A DNA stretch of 63,440 nt, filler included, from Octopus bimaculoides (lineage: Eukaryota), in assembly GCF_001194135.2 (NCBI RefSeq). It is 8 parts of 8 records of this genome, joined end to end, with 100 filler letters (N's around TTAATTAATTAA, not from the genome) between each part and the next. Parts side by side here need not be neighbours in the genome. Positions count along the whole stretch, not along the records: positions 1 to 12,341 come from NC_068994.1; positions 12,442 to 20,134 come from NC_069004.1; positions 20,235 to 30,453 come from NC_069006.1; 5 more parts are not named here. One strand, given 5' to 3'. Positions 11,570-23,746 of this stretch are shown here, in pieces (position 1 is the first letter of the stretch; each line of letters opens with the position of its first letter). The notes under the pieces are model-generated. The model saw only the letters and a list, made by a program, of their open reading frames with translations. It was not told the DNA's origin and searched no databases. Both the position numbers and the translations under genes were made by a program.

Positions 11570-12012
11570 CACACATACATATATATATTATTTGATTTCC
11601 TAAAGTTTACAGTAACAGGAAGTATTTTAATGAAACAGCCTACGCGAAATTTGTAATGCAAATTTGCGTCTGTTGATACAGGAGCTGAGATTTTTCATTT
11701 GTTCTAATACGATTGCTTTCTCGGCTATTGTAATTATTCATAATGAAAAACAACATTTCTAAAAATAGCTAGATATTTTTGAGATTGTTGTTTATGTAAT
11801 TTGTTTTATTTTGAATAGGAAGGATTGGCCGAAAATGTATGCCTATATATCTAGTCTGGTTGGTAGTAGATAATTTTCAAAAAAGTATATAAAACAAAAA
11901 TGAAAGTTTTCAGTTAATCATATGCATTTTTCTCTCTTTGAATTTGAATAATTTATTCTGTTACGCATTACTTTTTCATTCTTCTTGCAAAGGCTTTTTG
12001 ACTGAGATCAAA

Positions 12013-12025
12013 GGATGGATGGATG

Positions 12026-12098
<73 letters not shown>

Positions 12099-12102
12099 GT
12101 AA

Positions 12103-12137
<35 letters not shown>

Positions 12138-12174
12138 AGCAAACAGACAAATGATAGATAGATAGGTAGATAGG

Positions 12175-12218
<44 letters not shown>

Positions 12219-12294
12219 CAGACAGACAAACAGAAAAACAGATAGACAGACAGATAGACAGATAGATAGACAGACAGATAGCTAGCTAGCAAGC

Positions 12295-12325
<31 letters not shown>

Positions 12326-12330
12326 ATAGA
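12013..12330. repeat. (GATA)n/(GACA)n microsatellite
   Basis: Direct observation. Confidence 0.95.
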
Positions 12331-12341
12331 TATCTTTTTAT

Positions 12342-12440
12342 NNNNNNNNNNNNNNNNNNNNNNNNNNNNNNNNNNNNNNNNNNNNTTAATTAATTAANNN
12401 NNNNNNNNNNNNNNNNNNNNNNNNNNNNNNNNNNNNNNNN
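12342..12440. other. Assembly join: about 100-nt N gap with a TTAATTAATTAA linker (also at about 20179, 30498, 40711, 45111, 56810 and 62317)
   Basis: Identical 12-mer, a stop in all six frames, centred in fixed-size N runs. This is an artificial scaffold spacer. Confidence 0.95.
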
Positions 12441-13260
12441 NAGGGGAGAGTGGAGAGAGTGGGGAGGGGAGAGTGGAAAGAAAGAGAGTGGAGACAGAGA
12501 GAAGAGCAGAGAGGGAGAGGGGAAAGAGGAGGGAGAGGGGAGAAAGAGTGTAGAGGTGAGCGAGAGGGTAAGTGGAGAGAGAGGAGAGTGGAGAGAGAGC
12601 ATAGAATGGAGACAGAATGGAGAGGGGAGAGAGTGAAGAGAGTGAAGAGAGTGGAGAAAGAAGGGAGATTGGAGAGAAAGGGGAGAGTGGAAAGAGACTG
12701 GAGATGGGAGAGAGAGGGAGAGTGGAAAGAGACTGGAGATGGGAGAGAGAGGGAGAGTGGAGAGAGAGGGGAAGAAGGGCGAGAGGGGAGCGTGTGGGAG
12801 AGTGGAGTGAGAGGGGAGAGTGGAGAGAGAGGGGAGAGTGGAGAGAGAGGGNNNNNNNNNNNNNNNNNNNNNNNNNNNNNNNNNNNNNNNNNNNNNNNNN
12901 NNNNNNNNNNNNNNNNNNNNNNNNNNNNNNNNNNNNNNNNNNNNNNNNNNNNNNNNNNNNNNNNNNNNNNNNNNNNNNNNNNNNNNNNNNNNNNNNNNNN
13001 NNNNNNNNNNNNNNNNNNNNNNNNNNNNNNNNNNNNNNNNNNNNNNNNNNNNNNNNNNNNNNNNNNNNNNNNNNNNNNNNGAGTGGAGAGAGAGACAAGA
13101 GTGGAGAGAGAGAGAAGAATGTGGGAGAGGGGAGAGTGGAGAGAGAGGGGAGAGTGGAGCAGGAGAGAGAGGGAGGGTTGAGTGGAGAGAGAAGGGAGAG
13201 GAGGGAGATTGAGAGAGAAAGGAGTATAAGAGAGAGTGAGAGAGAGGAGGAGTTAGAAGA
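12441..13260. repeat. Polypurine GA-rich minisatellite (AGAGTGGAGAGAGAGGGG-like units)
   Basis: Direct observation; source of the spurious L/S/P and E/R/G ORFs. Confidence 0.9.
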
Positions 13261-13576
13261 GGAGATGGTGGTAATGGTGAGTGGGGTGCATTGACTGGAG
13301 AAGAGGAATGAGTTGAGTTGCAAAGGAGTGTGGCAGATGGAGGTGGGGGTGTACTGAGTGGGCACAGGTCGAGGGTGGGGGCATTAGGAGGATATCCTGT
13401 GGGGAAGAAATTCAACAGGGTACAAATTGTGTGGAGATAGGTACATGAGGGACAGTGGTGGAATGCAGTGGCTGGTGAGAATTGACAGGACGAGAAGGGG
13501 CTAGAAAGATGAGTTGTGGGGTGGTTTGTTGGAGGACAGATTGTATGTAAGGATGTGGTCGTGGATATAAAGAATA

Positions 13577-14042
13577 CCGTAAATCCTCGAGTATAGTCCG
13601 CCCTTGAGTATAATACGCAGGGGAATTTTAGGGGGCTGTACCTCTGAAAAACCTAAACCTTGTGTATAATACGCACCCCTTCTCTAACTTGAGTCAAGGA
13701 GGTCTATATAACGTCCTTGGTTTGTAAACGTATATACGATAACGTCCTTTATTATTATTGTATCTATAACATAATGCAAACATGTAGTTTTTTTTGGGCA
13801 CTTTGTTTGCAGAAAATAAAGAAATAACAGTAATAACGTCAGTGAAAAAAAAATATAGCTTAAGGTATTTTCACGCCCGACATCACAAAATGCAACTGAA
13901 TAAACATTGCCGGATAGCAAATAGAGACTCTGTCATTGCTTAGAAAATATTTTTCATTTTTAACCTCGTATATAGTATGCACTAGGGCTTTTGACCTTTA
14001 AATTTTGAAAAAAAAATGCGGATTATACTCGAGGATTTACAG
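13577..14042. mobile_element. Non-autonomous Tc1/mariner-superfamily MITE (Tc2-like termini)
   Basis: TIR CCGTAAATCCTCGAGTATA / TATACTCGAGGATTTACAG, with TA on both sides (13575-76, 14043-44). Subfamily label is tentative. Confidence 0.8.
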
Positions 14043-14054
14043 TATGCCTGAATG

Positions 14055-15085
14055 GCCTTGATTTTCCTTAGCTGAGCAGGTTTTCTCAAGCACAGAAAAT
14101 TGCCATTTGTCTTCATCTCACATATTCCTAGGTCTTCCTCTTCCAGAAATACCCTCTACATCTAGAGATTGCCTCTTCTTTAATCAGCTATCCTTATCTA
14201 CATACATCGCTTAGCCATACCAGCACACTCTTCTCCCTTGCACACTACTTCTGATGCCTCTTATACCTAAGTTTTATCTTAAAACATTTATATTCTGTTG
14301 TGTGAAGGTGTGCAGCTTAGTGGTTAGGGTATTCAACTCACAATCGTATGGTTATGAGTTCAATTCCTAGTGATGCATTGTATCCTTAAGCAAGACACTT
14401 TATTTCCACATTGCTCCAGTCCACTCAACTGGCAAAAATGAGTAGTACCTGTATTTGAAAGGGCCAGCCTTGTCACACTGAATCTCCCTGAGAACTGCAT
14501 TAAGGGTACACATGTCTGTGGAATACTCAGCCACGTGCATGTTAATTTCACAAGCGGGCTGTTCTGTTGATCAGATCAAGTAGAACCCTTGTCATCATAA
14601 TCGATGGAGTACCAGCTACTTTGTTGTACATGCACACAGACATTGCACATCCAGTTTAAAATGCTGACTTCATTTCTTCCAAGTCTTTGTATGTCTTTTC
14701 CAGTCACAGCCCATATTTCACTGCCATGTAGCATAGCTGTCCATACACAAGTTTCCATACAGTCTGCCTTTCCTTCAGTGGGAGAGGCCTTTTCTTATCA
14801 ATAAAGGGAATAACTCTCTGAACTTTGCTTAGCTGCTTCTTATTCTAGCAATTATTCTTTCAGAGCAACCTCCTCCACTGGTAATTTGGTCTCCTTGATA
14901 AAAGAAACTAACTACTGCCTCTACGGATTCCTCTGGATATTTGGGGAAGTCTATTTCCTGTATGTTCTTCGTGTTTATTGTACCTGCACATCTGCCACAC
15001 TCAAAGACTATATTCTCTGTTAACCTACTGTACCTGTGATTCCACTGCACCTCTTATGCATCCATAGCTTGCACTAAGCACACCA
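14055..15085 (-). mobile_element. 5'-truncated, decayed RTE-clade LINE (ORF2 C-terminal), split by a SINE
   Basis: Translates to ...VEAVVSFFYQGDQITSGGGCSERIIARIR...AMLHGSEIWAV...WMCNVCVHVQQ|NINVLR*NLGIRGIR...GRGRPR. Confidence 0.85.
14302..14621 (+). mobile_element. tRNA-derived SINE (family A) inserted into the RTE
   Basis: Pol III A/B-box-like head. Body shared with copies at about 17795-18085(-), 23371-23746(-), 26517-26840(+) and 55810-56191(-). TSD TGTTGT at 14296-14301 and 14622-14627. Confidence 0.88.
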
Positions 15086-15360
15086 TATGGAATTTCTATA
15101 TACACCTATACATGAATGTATGTATGTATGTATATATGTATGTTTGTATGTACACTTGTATGTTTGTATGTTTCTACATACATATATTTATATACACACA
15201 TATATATACATATGCATATTTACATATACATGTGTGTGTGTGTATTATATATTAATATATGTATGTATATATGTATGTATGTATGTATATATATACATAT
15301 TTTGTATGTGTATTTCGTGTGCAAGATTCTTGATGTGGAAACGTGTGTTGAAAGAAATAC

Positions 15361-15605
15361 AATTAAACCTTGGGAGAGGCATTATGCCGGTAATAAACAC
15401 ATGCACTGGTTCAGTCCTTTATTAATTTATATAGTTTTTTTGTTAAATTATTTCATTCAAAATAAATGGATGTGGAGAGACAAGTTACTGAAGAGATTGC
15501 AAGAGTGCAATGAAATAATTTAACAAAAAAACTATATAAATTAATAAAGGACTGAACCAGTGCGTGTGTTTATTACCGGCATAATGCCTCTCCCAAGGTT
15601 TAATT
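15361..15605. repeat. 97-bp near-perfect inverted repeat (96/97), 51-bp spacer
   Basis: Arms 15361-15457 and 15509-15605 differ at one base. Confidence 0.92.
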
Positions 15606-16272
15606 ATATATACATATATAAATATATATATTCACGCACACACACATTCATATTGTTGGAGCATTTTGCCATTAAGAAATGTATGCACCGGCAATATGAT
15701 CCTTACATTGTCATATTGCTAATGCATGTTTTCATAGTCAAGAAAAGAATTATATTAAAAAATAAATGTCTCCAACCAGACAACTACTTAAACTGCATAT
15801 GTGAAATTTTTTGCTTGTGCTCACATGAGAGAAAATATGTGATTGCTTACCTACAGGCTCCACCATGATTATAAATGCTAAGATCTCCATCATCACAACC
15901 TGAGAGTTCAGCAAAGTTTTGAGCACTCCAAACTAAACACACATAAACACACATACACATATGCATCCACACATGAGGTTAAAGGTTTGGAAGCAAGGGG
16001 ATGTAAACACAACAACACTGGTTGGCAAGCTGTAGTGGAAGGAGGAGGGGCAAACACAGGCACAAACACACACACACACACGAACACACACACGAACATA
16101 CACACACGAACACACACACATGCACATACAACAGGCCTCTTTCAGTTTTTGTCAACTAAATCCACCCACAAGGCTTTGGTCAGCCCAAGGCTATAGTAGA
16201 TGACATGTGCCCAATGTACCATGCTGTGGGACTGAACCTGGAACTATGTGGTTGGGATGGGAGCTATTTTAA

Positions 16273-17043
16273 CCCTTTAGCAATAAAACCAGCCATATCT
16301 GGCCAAAATATTCCACCTGTTTTATGTTCAAACTGGCCAGAACTGGCCTGTCACACCAACCCTACAATATCATTCTAAAATTAACAGTTACTTCTTCAAA
16401 ATCTCAAAGCTACCAGTTAATGCATGACTAATACAAAACAATGAGAATAAATAAGCATTACTTCTGATAGAATAATGTAAAGTAGTGAGACCCATGAATA
16501 TTTCACAGAATTAATGGTAAACTTAATGGGTTTATTTTGAAAACTTTATCCAAAAAAACTGAAAGCATAGCCTGTGTTGTGTCTGCATCAAATGATAGTC
16601 GCTCATCTGATAATCATTGAAAAGTGAAGGAAATTGGAATACGGTGATTACCTAATGCACTTTATATATACATTTTATATACTTTATGCAAAATTTTATA
16701 GACTTAATACACAAATTCTCCTCCTCTTCCTCTCTCACTCTTTGCCTTACCCTCTTTTTTCTCTCTCTCCTTTTTCTTTCACTCTTTGCCTTACCCTTTT
16801 TTCTCTCTCCTTTTTCTTTCATTCTTTGCCTTTCCCTTCAACTAACCATGTGAAAGCGTTACAGACGGGCTAAGTAAATGAAGAAAAAAAAAAAAAACTT
16901 ATTTAAAAATAAAATTACACATTTCACTCACCAACACCTCTTTCACTCACCCTCCCTCTCCTCTTCAACCAATCATGTGGAAGCATTACAGGTGGGCCAA
17001 GTAATGGAGTGAACAAGCAGACTTATGATAAGATGCTAAAGGG
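16273..17043. mobile_element. piggyBac-like MITE enlarged by a nested insertion
   Basis: TTAA|CCCTTTAGCA ... TGCTAAAGGG|TTAA. The internal 16508-16585 segment resembles 7014-7091. Confidence 0.7.
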
Positions 17044-17399
17044 TTAAAAGATACTGTTAGTTACAAAGTTACAATCGACAATTTGTATGAAATATGGACA
17101 GACAACATAGGGGAGGTGGAAGCAATCAGAAAGAATGAAAGAGACAGAGAAATTAGGGAGAGACCCAAATGCACAACTATTGAAGGGTGAGAAGGAGGTG
17201 AGAAAAAAAAAAAACAAAACCAAAGGCATAGAGTAAAAACTAAAAGCTGAAATAAAACAGACAAAATTCAGTTTTGAAACGTATAAGGAAATGGAAAAAG
17301 TATATTTGGGGATATGTAAAACAATTCAATCAAATTAATCAATGTAGAAGTTATAATTTTTTAAATATGAGTAATAAAATTTAAAAAATTCAGTAATAT

Positions 17400-17692
17400 A
17401 ATAATGACAAAGGCTTTTGGCATTATGTCGTGCATGAGAAGAAGACCCATCAAAGCGAGCAAAATTGCAGTCGAGGCAGATGCCAGTGTCATGCAAATGA
17501 CAACCATGCCAGTGGTACATAAAAGTACCCATCACACTCTCGGAGTGTTTGGCATGAGGAAGGGCATCCAGCCACAAAAAACTATGCTAAATCAGACTGG
17601 AGCCTGGCACAGCCTTCCAGTGTGCCAGCCCAGTCAAACTGTCCAACCCATGCCAGCATGGACTATGGACGTTAAATGATGACGATGATGAT
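17400..17692 (+). mobile_element. RTE-type 3' tail/SINE ending GGACGTTAAA(TGA)n
   Basis: Same terminal motif at about 30555-30600(+), 45025-45066(-) and 58410-58620(-). Confidence 0.6.
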
Positions 17693-18121
17693 ATAATAAA
17701 CATGTATATAAACACTTGACTGGTTTTTTTTTTTTTTATCAACCCCAGAAAGATGAAAAGCTGATTCTACTGGAATTTGAACTCAGAATGTTAACTAACT
17801 GGCACTCTGATCTAATCAATGGAACAGCCTGCTTGTGAAATTAAGTGCAAGTAGCTGAGTATTCCACAGACACGCATACCCTTAATGTAATTATCAGTGG
17901 GATTCAGTGTAATGTAGAACATGAGAAGGCTGGCCCATTGAATTACCGGTACAATTTAGTTTTGTCAGCTGAGTGGACTGGAGCAAGGTGAAATAAAGTG
18001 TCTTGTTCAACGATACAACTTGTCACTGAGAATTTAACTCATGACCTTATGATTGTGGGCTGAACGCCCTAAGCCACATGCCTTCGTGCACCTAGATCTT
18101 GGTCAATAAAAATCATATTAA

Positions 18122-18328
18122 CCCTTTTGATACCAACCCAGCTCTGTAGTAAAAATGTCTTGTTTTCAAAAGTTCTGAATTAAAATCTTCCACCAAACCT
18201 TAGTCACAATTTATGTTCCTAACACTAGCTTAATGATAACTAAGTTATTTTACTAAATTCTTTGTTATATTTTAAGATTAATTGAAAGAAACACAGAGCA
18301 TCTCAACAGAAATATGGTAATAAAAGGG
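18122..18328. mobile_element. piggyBac-like MITE
   Basis: TTAA TSD at 18118-21 and 18329-32. Termini CCCTTTTGATACCA / TGGTAATAAAAGGG match at 12 of 14. Confidence 0.8.
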
Positions 18329-20025
18329 TTAAAGATAAAAAGATAAGATAAAAAAAACACATAAAATCATGAAAAAAAAAAAAAATCAAATGTGATGGAT
18401 GGAAACAAGTCAGGTCCAAAATAATGAAGAAATGCAAGAATACAACCAACATATTTGAAGTTATGATAAAAGCAGTAAAAGATATGCAGTGAGAAAGGAT
18501 TATATATTAATCTATTGATTATTCAATGGCAAATTTAGGGACATCAGAAACTTTGAAGAATTCCTACAGCAGTTCAATATTTCAGATTTACGTCTTGTCC
18601 AGACAAAATATCTGATATGAAGATTTTGATGTACTTCTTACAACTGAGAGAAATACTGTAAGATGGAATAAGACTACTTTTCAGCCCTCGAGGATGGAGG
18701 AATTCTCCCAAATTTCAAGGAGGTTATGACATTTTTTTTAGGGAGAGGCCCACTGCATATCCATGGGCCTCTCATTGACTTGTTTGACCCCTTACTTAAT
18801 ATATTGACTGGTGACCTCTCTATCAGTTCTGGTCATAGTTTCCGTCTCTCCTCCACCCCTGCCAAATCAGTTCCAGTCTCATAGGGAGGTTGGGTGAATT
18901 CTTTTTTCCTTTGACTTTCTTTTCTCCCTTTTTTCTCTCTCCCTGTTTTTCTAGCATCTGTCTGTCTTGAGAGACAATGCAGTCTGCACCACTGATCAAC
19001 TAGGATTTGAACCGCAGAACCCACCATGATTGTATTTACATTTGCTGTAGTTTTTTTTACAGCAACAGCAAAGAAACCTCTTCAAAGTTTAATCTTGGGT
19101 TTGGTGTATGAAGATTCTGTGTGCCCGCAGATGCCAGTATCCCTCCTCCCATCAGCCTTCTCACTGGTCCAGACCAAAAGAACAGAGTGCAGCACATTTA
19201 TTCACATTATTTACATAATTCCTCATCTCTTAAATATAGAACTGTGCAGCACATTTGGCATGAGTTTGATCATGATTTCAAACTTTGGCACACGGCCAGC
19301 AAGTTTGGGTGAGGAATAAGTTGTTTACATTAACCCTAGTGCTCAACTGGTGCTCATTTCATCAACTCCCAAAATGGATGAAAGGCAAAATTGACCTAAG
19401 CAGAATTTGAACTCAGAGTATAAAGAAATACCATTAAGTATTTTGTCTGGCATGCTAACAATTCTGACAGCTCGCCCTATATAATAATAATAATGGTTTC
19501 ACATTTTGGCACAAGGCCAGTAATTTAAGTGGAGGGGTAAGTCGATTTCAACAACACCAGTGGTACTTATTTCATTAATCCTTAAAGGATGAAAGACAAA
19601 GTTGAACTCGGTGGATTTTGAACTCAAAGCGAAAAGATGGGCAAAATACTGCTAAGCATTTTGTCCAGCATGCTAACAATTCTGCCAGCTCACTGCAGTA
19701 CCAGGCAGTGGCTCTCATGGCTTCTGATCTTAATTGATTGGAAGTGTATTATCATGTACATTGTTTTGTCTTGGTATAAAAGATTGGGATCTTTTTTAAA
19801 ACAGGGGCCACATTTTTCATTAACGAAACACTTTGAAACTTGGAACACTGGTAGAATGTGTCATATAAAACATCTTTTTCTCTTAGCCTTCTTAAAAAAA
19901 AAAGAAATCCATAAGTTATTCCATGTTAAAATTGTCGTATTTCTGTAATTTCAACCAATCACTGACGTCCATTCAGCCGATATACATTAAGTGCCGACTA
20001 CATAAACAAACGATTCTGAAACAAT

Positions 20026-20068
20026 TAACCCTAACCCTAGGGTTAGGGTTAGGGTTAGGGTTAGGGTT
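20026..20068. repeat. Interstitial telomere-type repeat with a perfect 26-bp palindrome
   Basis: TAACCCTAACCCTAGGGTTAGGGTTA (20026-20051), continuing as (GGGTTA)n. Confidence 0.9.
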
Positions 20069-20234
20069 AAAGCAAATTTAAAATGAAAAAAGCAAATAAA
20101 ACGAAGGTATGGAGATTAAATACGCTTTACATCGNNNNNNNNNNNNNNNNNNNNNNNNNNNNNNNNNNNNNNNNNNNNTTAATTAATTAANNNNNNNNNN
20201 NNNNNNNNNNNNNNNNNNNNNNNNNNNNNNNNNN

Positions 20235-20285
<51 letters not shown>

Positions 20286-20349
20286 CATAAATATATGTAT
20301 ATATATATATAATACATACACACGCACACGCACACACACACATCTATAT

Positions 20350-20800
20350 ATATGATGAACATTTCCGTCTGTTTCGACGTATGAGGATCTCACAACCTAC
20401 TCTTTCCTCGTCAGTCAGAACGCTTATGTTGAAGGTGACATTTAACTCCTACCAACGATTTGCGAAGAAGCCCACAGATTCTGCAAGCATGGGGATTACA
20501 GGTCAATGCAAACAGTATATTTGCAACAGCTTTATCCTTTGCCTTGCGTCCCTTAACTCTTTAATGCTGGTTCCAACAAAGTTTCTAATACCATTACAAC
20601 GATCTCCGTATAAAGTCAGATTGGAGGGATACATTATTCGGGTGGATACCGTATTAGCTCTAAGTTAGTTCCAGATAACGGCTAACCACAACAATTAATA
20701 TCTAACGACTGCGTCTAGAATTCGTTATTAGTCACTCCGTGAATTCTTTCAATGAGAGATTCCGTGTAGTCTTCACTGGACGGTAAAATTAGTCTGGGGT
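20350..20800 (-). mobile_element. RTE LINE 3' end, same family as 10295-10510
   Basis: RCNGIRNF...ELRDARQR followed by HACRICGLLRKSLVGVKCHLQHK, with frameshifts. Confidence 0.7.
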
Positions 20801-20893
20801 GTATATTAATATTAATAATAATGATGATGAAGAGTATGGAGACTTATCTGTCCACAAAATATATGTTAGAGTTATATACAGCATAGCATAATC

Positions 20894-20975
20894 ACCAACA
20901 AGTGTTTCAGCTGCAGCTACTATTAAATATTGCGAAAGCAACTTTGCATTATTTTCACTGCATCTTCATCAGGGT
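20894..20975 (-). ncRNA. Type-I hammerhead ribozyme candidate, intact core
   Basis: Minus strand: ACC / CTGATGA / AGATGCAG...CTGCAGCT (7 of 8 bp) / GAAAC-ACTT-GTT / GGT. Stem I is only 3 bp. Confidence 0.55.
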
Positions 20976-21077
20976 CCGTAAGTTTGGTCATCCTCGAAGA
21001 GAAATCATTATTATAAATATTAATACATGTGTGTGTGTCCGTGTGTGTGCATGCGTGTTTGCATGTGTGTGTGTCTC

Positions 21078-21122
<45 letters not shown>

Positions 21123-21622
21123 NNNNNNNNNNNNNNNNNNNNNNNNNNNNNNNNNNNNNNNNNNNNNNNNNNNNNNNNNNNNNNNNNNNNNNNNNNNNNN
21201 NNNNNNNNNNNNNNNNNNNNNNNNNNNNNNNNNNNNNNNNNNNNNNNNNNNNNNNNNNNNNNNNNNNNNNNNNNNNNNNNNNNNNNNNNNNNNNNNNNNN
21301 NNNNNNNNNNNNNNNNNNNNNNNNNNNNNNNNNNNNNNNNNNNNNNNNNNNNNNNNNNNNNNNNNNNNNNNNNNNNNNNNNNNNNNNNNNNNNNNNNNNN
21401 NNNNNNNNNNNNNNNNNNNNNNNNNNNNNNNNNNNNNNNNNNNNNNNNNNNNNNNNNNNNNNNNNNNNNNNNNNNNNNNNNNNNNNNACACACAGATATA
21501 TACACACATATATTTGTAAATACTTATATATGCATATAAACATTTAATAATGAATCTAAATTCTAATCTTTGCAAATGTTTATGAATATGTATATACACG
21601 CATTCTATTTATCTCCCTATCA

Positions 21623-21683
<61 letters not shown>

Positions 21684-22229
21684 AATTGACCACCAGTTCA
21701 ATATATCTACATGTATATATATAAACGTATATGCATATGTACGCACACACATATTTATAAATATATAGAGATATATGTATGCATATATGTATATATGTAG
21801 GTATATATGCATATATGGATGTATATATACACACACACATATCTATATATCTAAATGTATATAGATATATGTATATATGTATGTGTCTATGTATGTATAT
21901 GCAAATGTATTTAAACATCGGAAATTAACGCTAAACAAAATGGCAGTGCATAATATGCGATTGCTTATGGAAGGATAAATTCTGCTGGGTGTGATGTGTG
22001 ACACGTTCCAGAGAGACAGAAGGAGAGAAAGAGGGAAAACGACATAATGGCGATTAACGTAGAGTAAAGAGAGACAAACATATCTAGAGGACCAGTGGTA
22101 GGTAGAGGTAATGTATAAGAGGGAGTTGGAGGTGAGACTTAGTATGTGGTAGTAACGAAAGTACGATTCAGACTGAGGGAGAGAGAGAGAGAGGGGGGGA
22201 GGGGGTTGTGCTAGCACGGGGAGGGAGCA

Positions 22230-22768
22230 GGTGAGAAAGTAGAATGTGTAAGGAAGAGCTCGGCCATGTTGCTTTGATGGATTAGGTGAAAAAGGAAGGC
22301 TTGTTGATGATTGTCATGATGTTGATGATGATGACCATGGTGGTGGTCGCGGTGGTTGCTGTGTCCGTTGTAGTGCCAGTGTTGTTACTGTTGCTGGTTT
22401 TGGCGGTTGTGGTGGTAGTGGTGGCCATGTGGACGGTGGTGATGGTGTTGGTGGTGTTGGTGATTGTGGTGATGGTAGTGGTTGTCTGTGTGGGCGGCGG
22501 TAGTGGTGGTGTTGGTGTTAGAGGTGGTTGTCGTGGTGGTCGAAGTGGTCGTGTTGTGGGTGGTGGTGGTACGGATGGTGGTAGTGGAAAGCTTGGGGGT
22601 GATGTTCTTGTTATTGGTGACGAGTGGGGCGATGATGATACTGTCTAAGGCGACAACAATGATGGTGGGGATGACAACGAAGACAGCGGCGGCGACCATG
22701 ACGACGACGGCGACGACCTCCACCATATTCACGATGACGGCATCATCATGATCATCATAATCATCACA
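22230..22768. repeat. Degenerate (GGT)/(GAT)/(CAT) trinucleotide low-complexity tract
   Basis: Direct observation. Confidence 0.9.
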
Positions 22769-23090
22769 ATTTACTTCCTCCCCCAAATCCTCAAACCTAA
22801 CAACCCTTGCCGCCCCATCGTCTCCGCCTGCAACTGCCCCACCGAACTCATCACCAGATATCTTGACCGTATCCTTGCCCCCCTAGTGGCTTCCCTCCCC
22901 TCTCACATCCATGACACCAAACATGCGCTTCGTTTGTTCAACTGTTTCTCCTTCCCTCCTGGCCCCTCTAAACTTCCCTTCACTCTCGACATGCAGAGCC
23001 TTTACACGGTGATCCCTCACCACGAGGGGCTGCGTACATTCCAACATTTCCTTGACCTTCGACCCAACCCTCAACCTCCTGCTTCTCATC
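22769..23090 (+). mobile_element. Penelope-like element reverse transcriptase fragment
   Basis: IYFLPQILKPNNPCRPIVSACNCPTELITRYLDRILAPLV...FTLDMQSLYTVIPHHEGL matches the PLE RT pattern YFLPKIHK...RPIVS...DxxSLYTxIP. Confidence 0.85.
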
Positions 23091-23360
23091 ACAGATGTAT
23101 ACGGCCCTGAGATAGTCAAACCCCTCCATGTGTGCCAGTGATGTGCCACTAATTTGCAGAATGCACTAAGAAGACCTTCGTGTGTGAACTAATACTTCAG
23201 CTTTGGAATTACTAATTCTCCTCTTTGCCTTGCAACAGACGACAGCGAATCTATTCAGTGAGTGTCGGAGATCGCCTTCTGACGAGCTAAGTTGCAACAT
23301 GTCGTCTGCCAGTGTGATCCAGCCGATCCTACACCCGACCAATGTTATCCGCTTTTGCTT
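23090..23360 (-). mobile_element. RTE-clade RT fragment (catalytic xADD region)
   Basis: GCRIGWITLADDMLQLSSSEGDLRHSLNRFAVVC...ISNSKAEVLV...EGFDYL. Confidence 0.75.
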
Positions 23361-23370
23361 TCTCTTTAGT

Positions 23371-23746
23371 ATATTGTTGGCACTCCGTCGCTTACGACGT
23401 CGCGGGTTCCAGTTGATCCAATAAACGGAACAGCTTGCTCGTGAAATTAACGTGCAAGTGGCTGAGCACTCCACAGACACGTGTACCCTTAATGTAATTC
23501 TCGGGGAGATTCAGCGGCACACAGTGTGACAAGGCTGGCCCTTTGAAATACAGTTACAACAGAAACAGGAAGAGAAAGTTGTAGTGGAAGAGTGCAGCAG
23601 GGTTCGCCACCATCCCCTGCCAGAGCGTCGTGGAGCTTTAGATGTTTTCGCTCAATAAACACTCACAACACCCAGTCTGGGAATCGAAACCGCGATCCTA
23701 TGACCGCGAGTCCGCTGCCCTAACCACTGGGCCTTTGCGCCTCCAC
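23371..23746 (-). mobile_element. Full-length SINE family A
   Basis: 10-bp TSD TCTCTTTAGT at 23361-23370 and 23747-23756. Confidence 0.9.

Noticed and set aside
22385-22786. Thr/His-rich mucin-like ORF
   Set aside because: Degenerate trinucleotide repeat with no credible splice or gene context.
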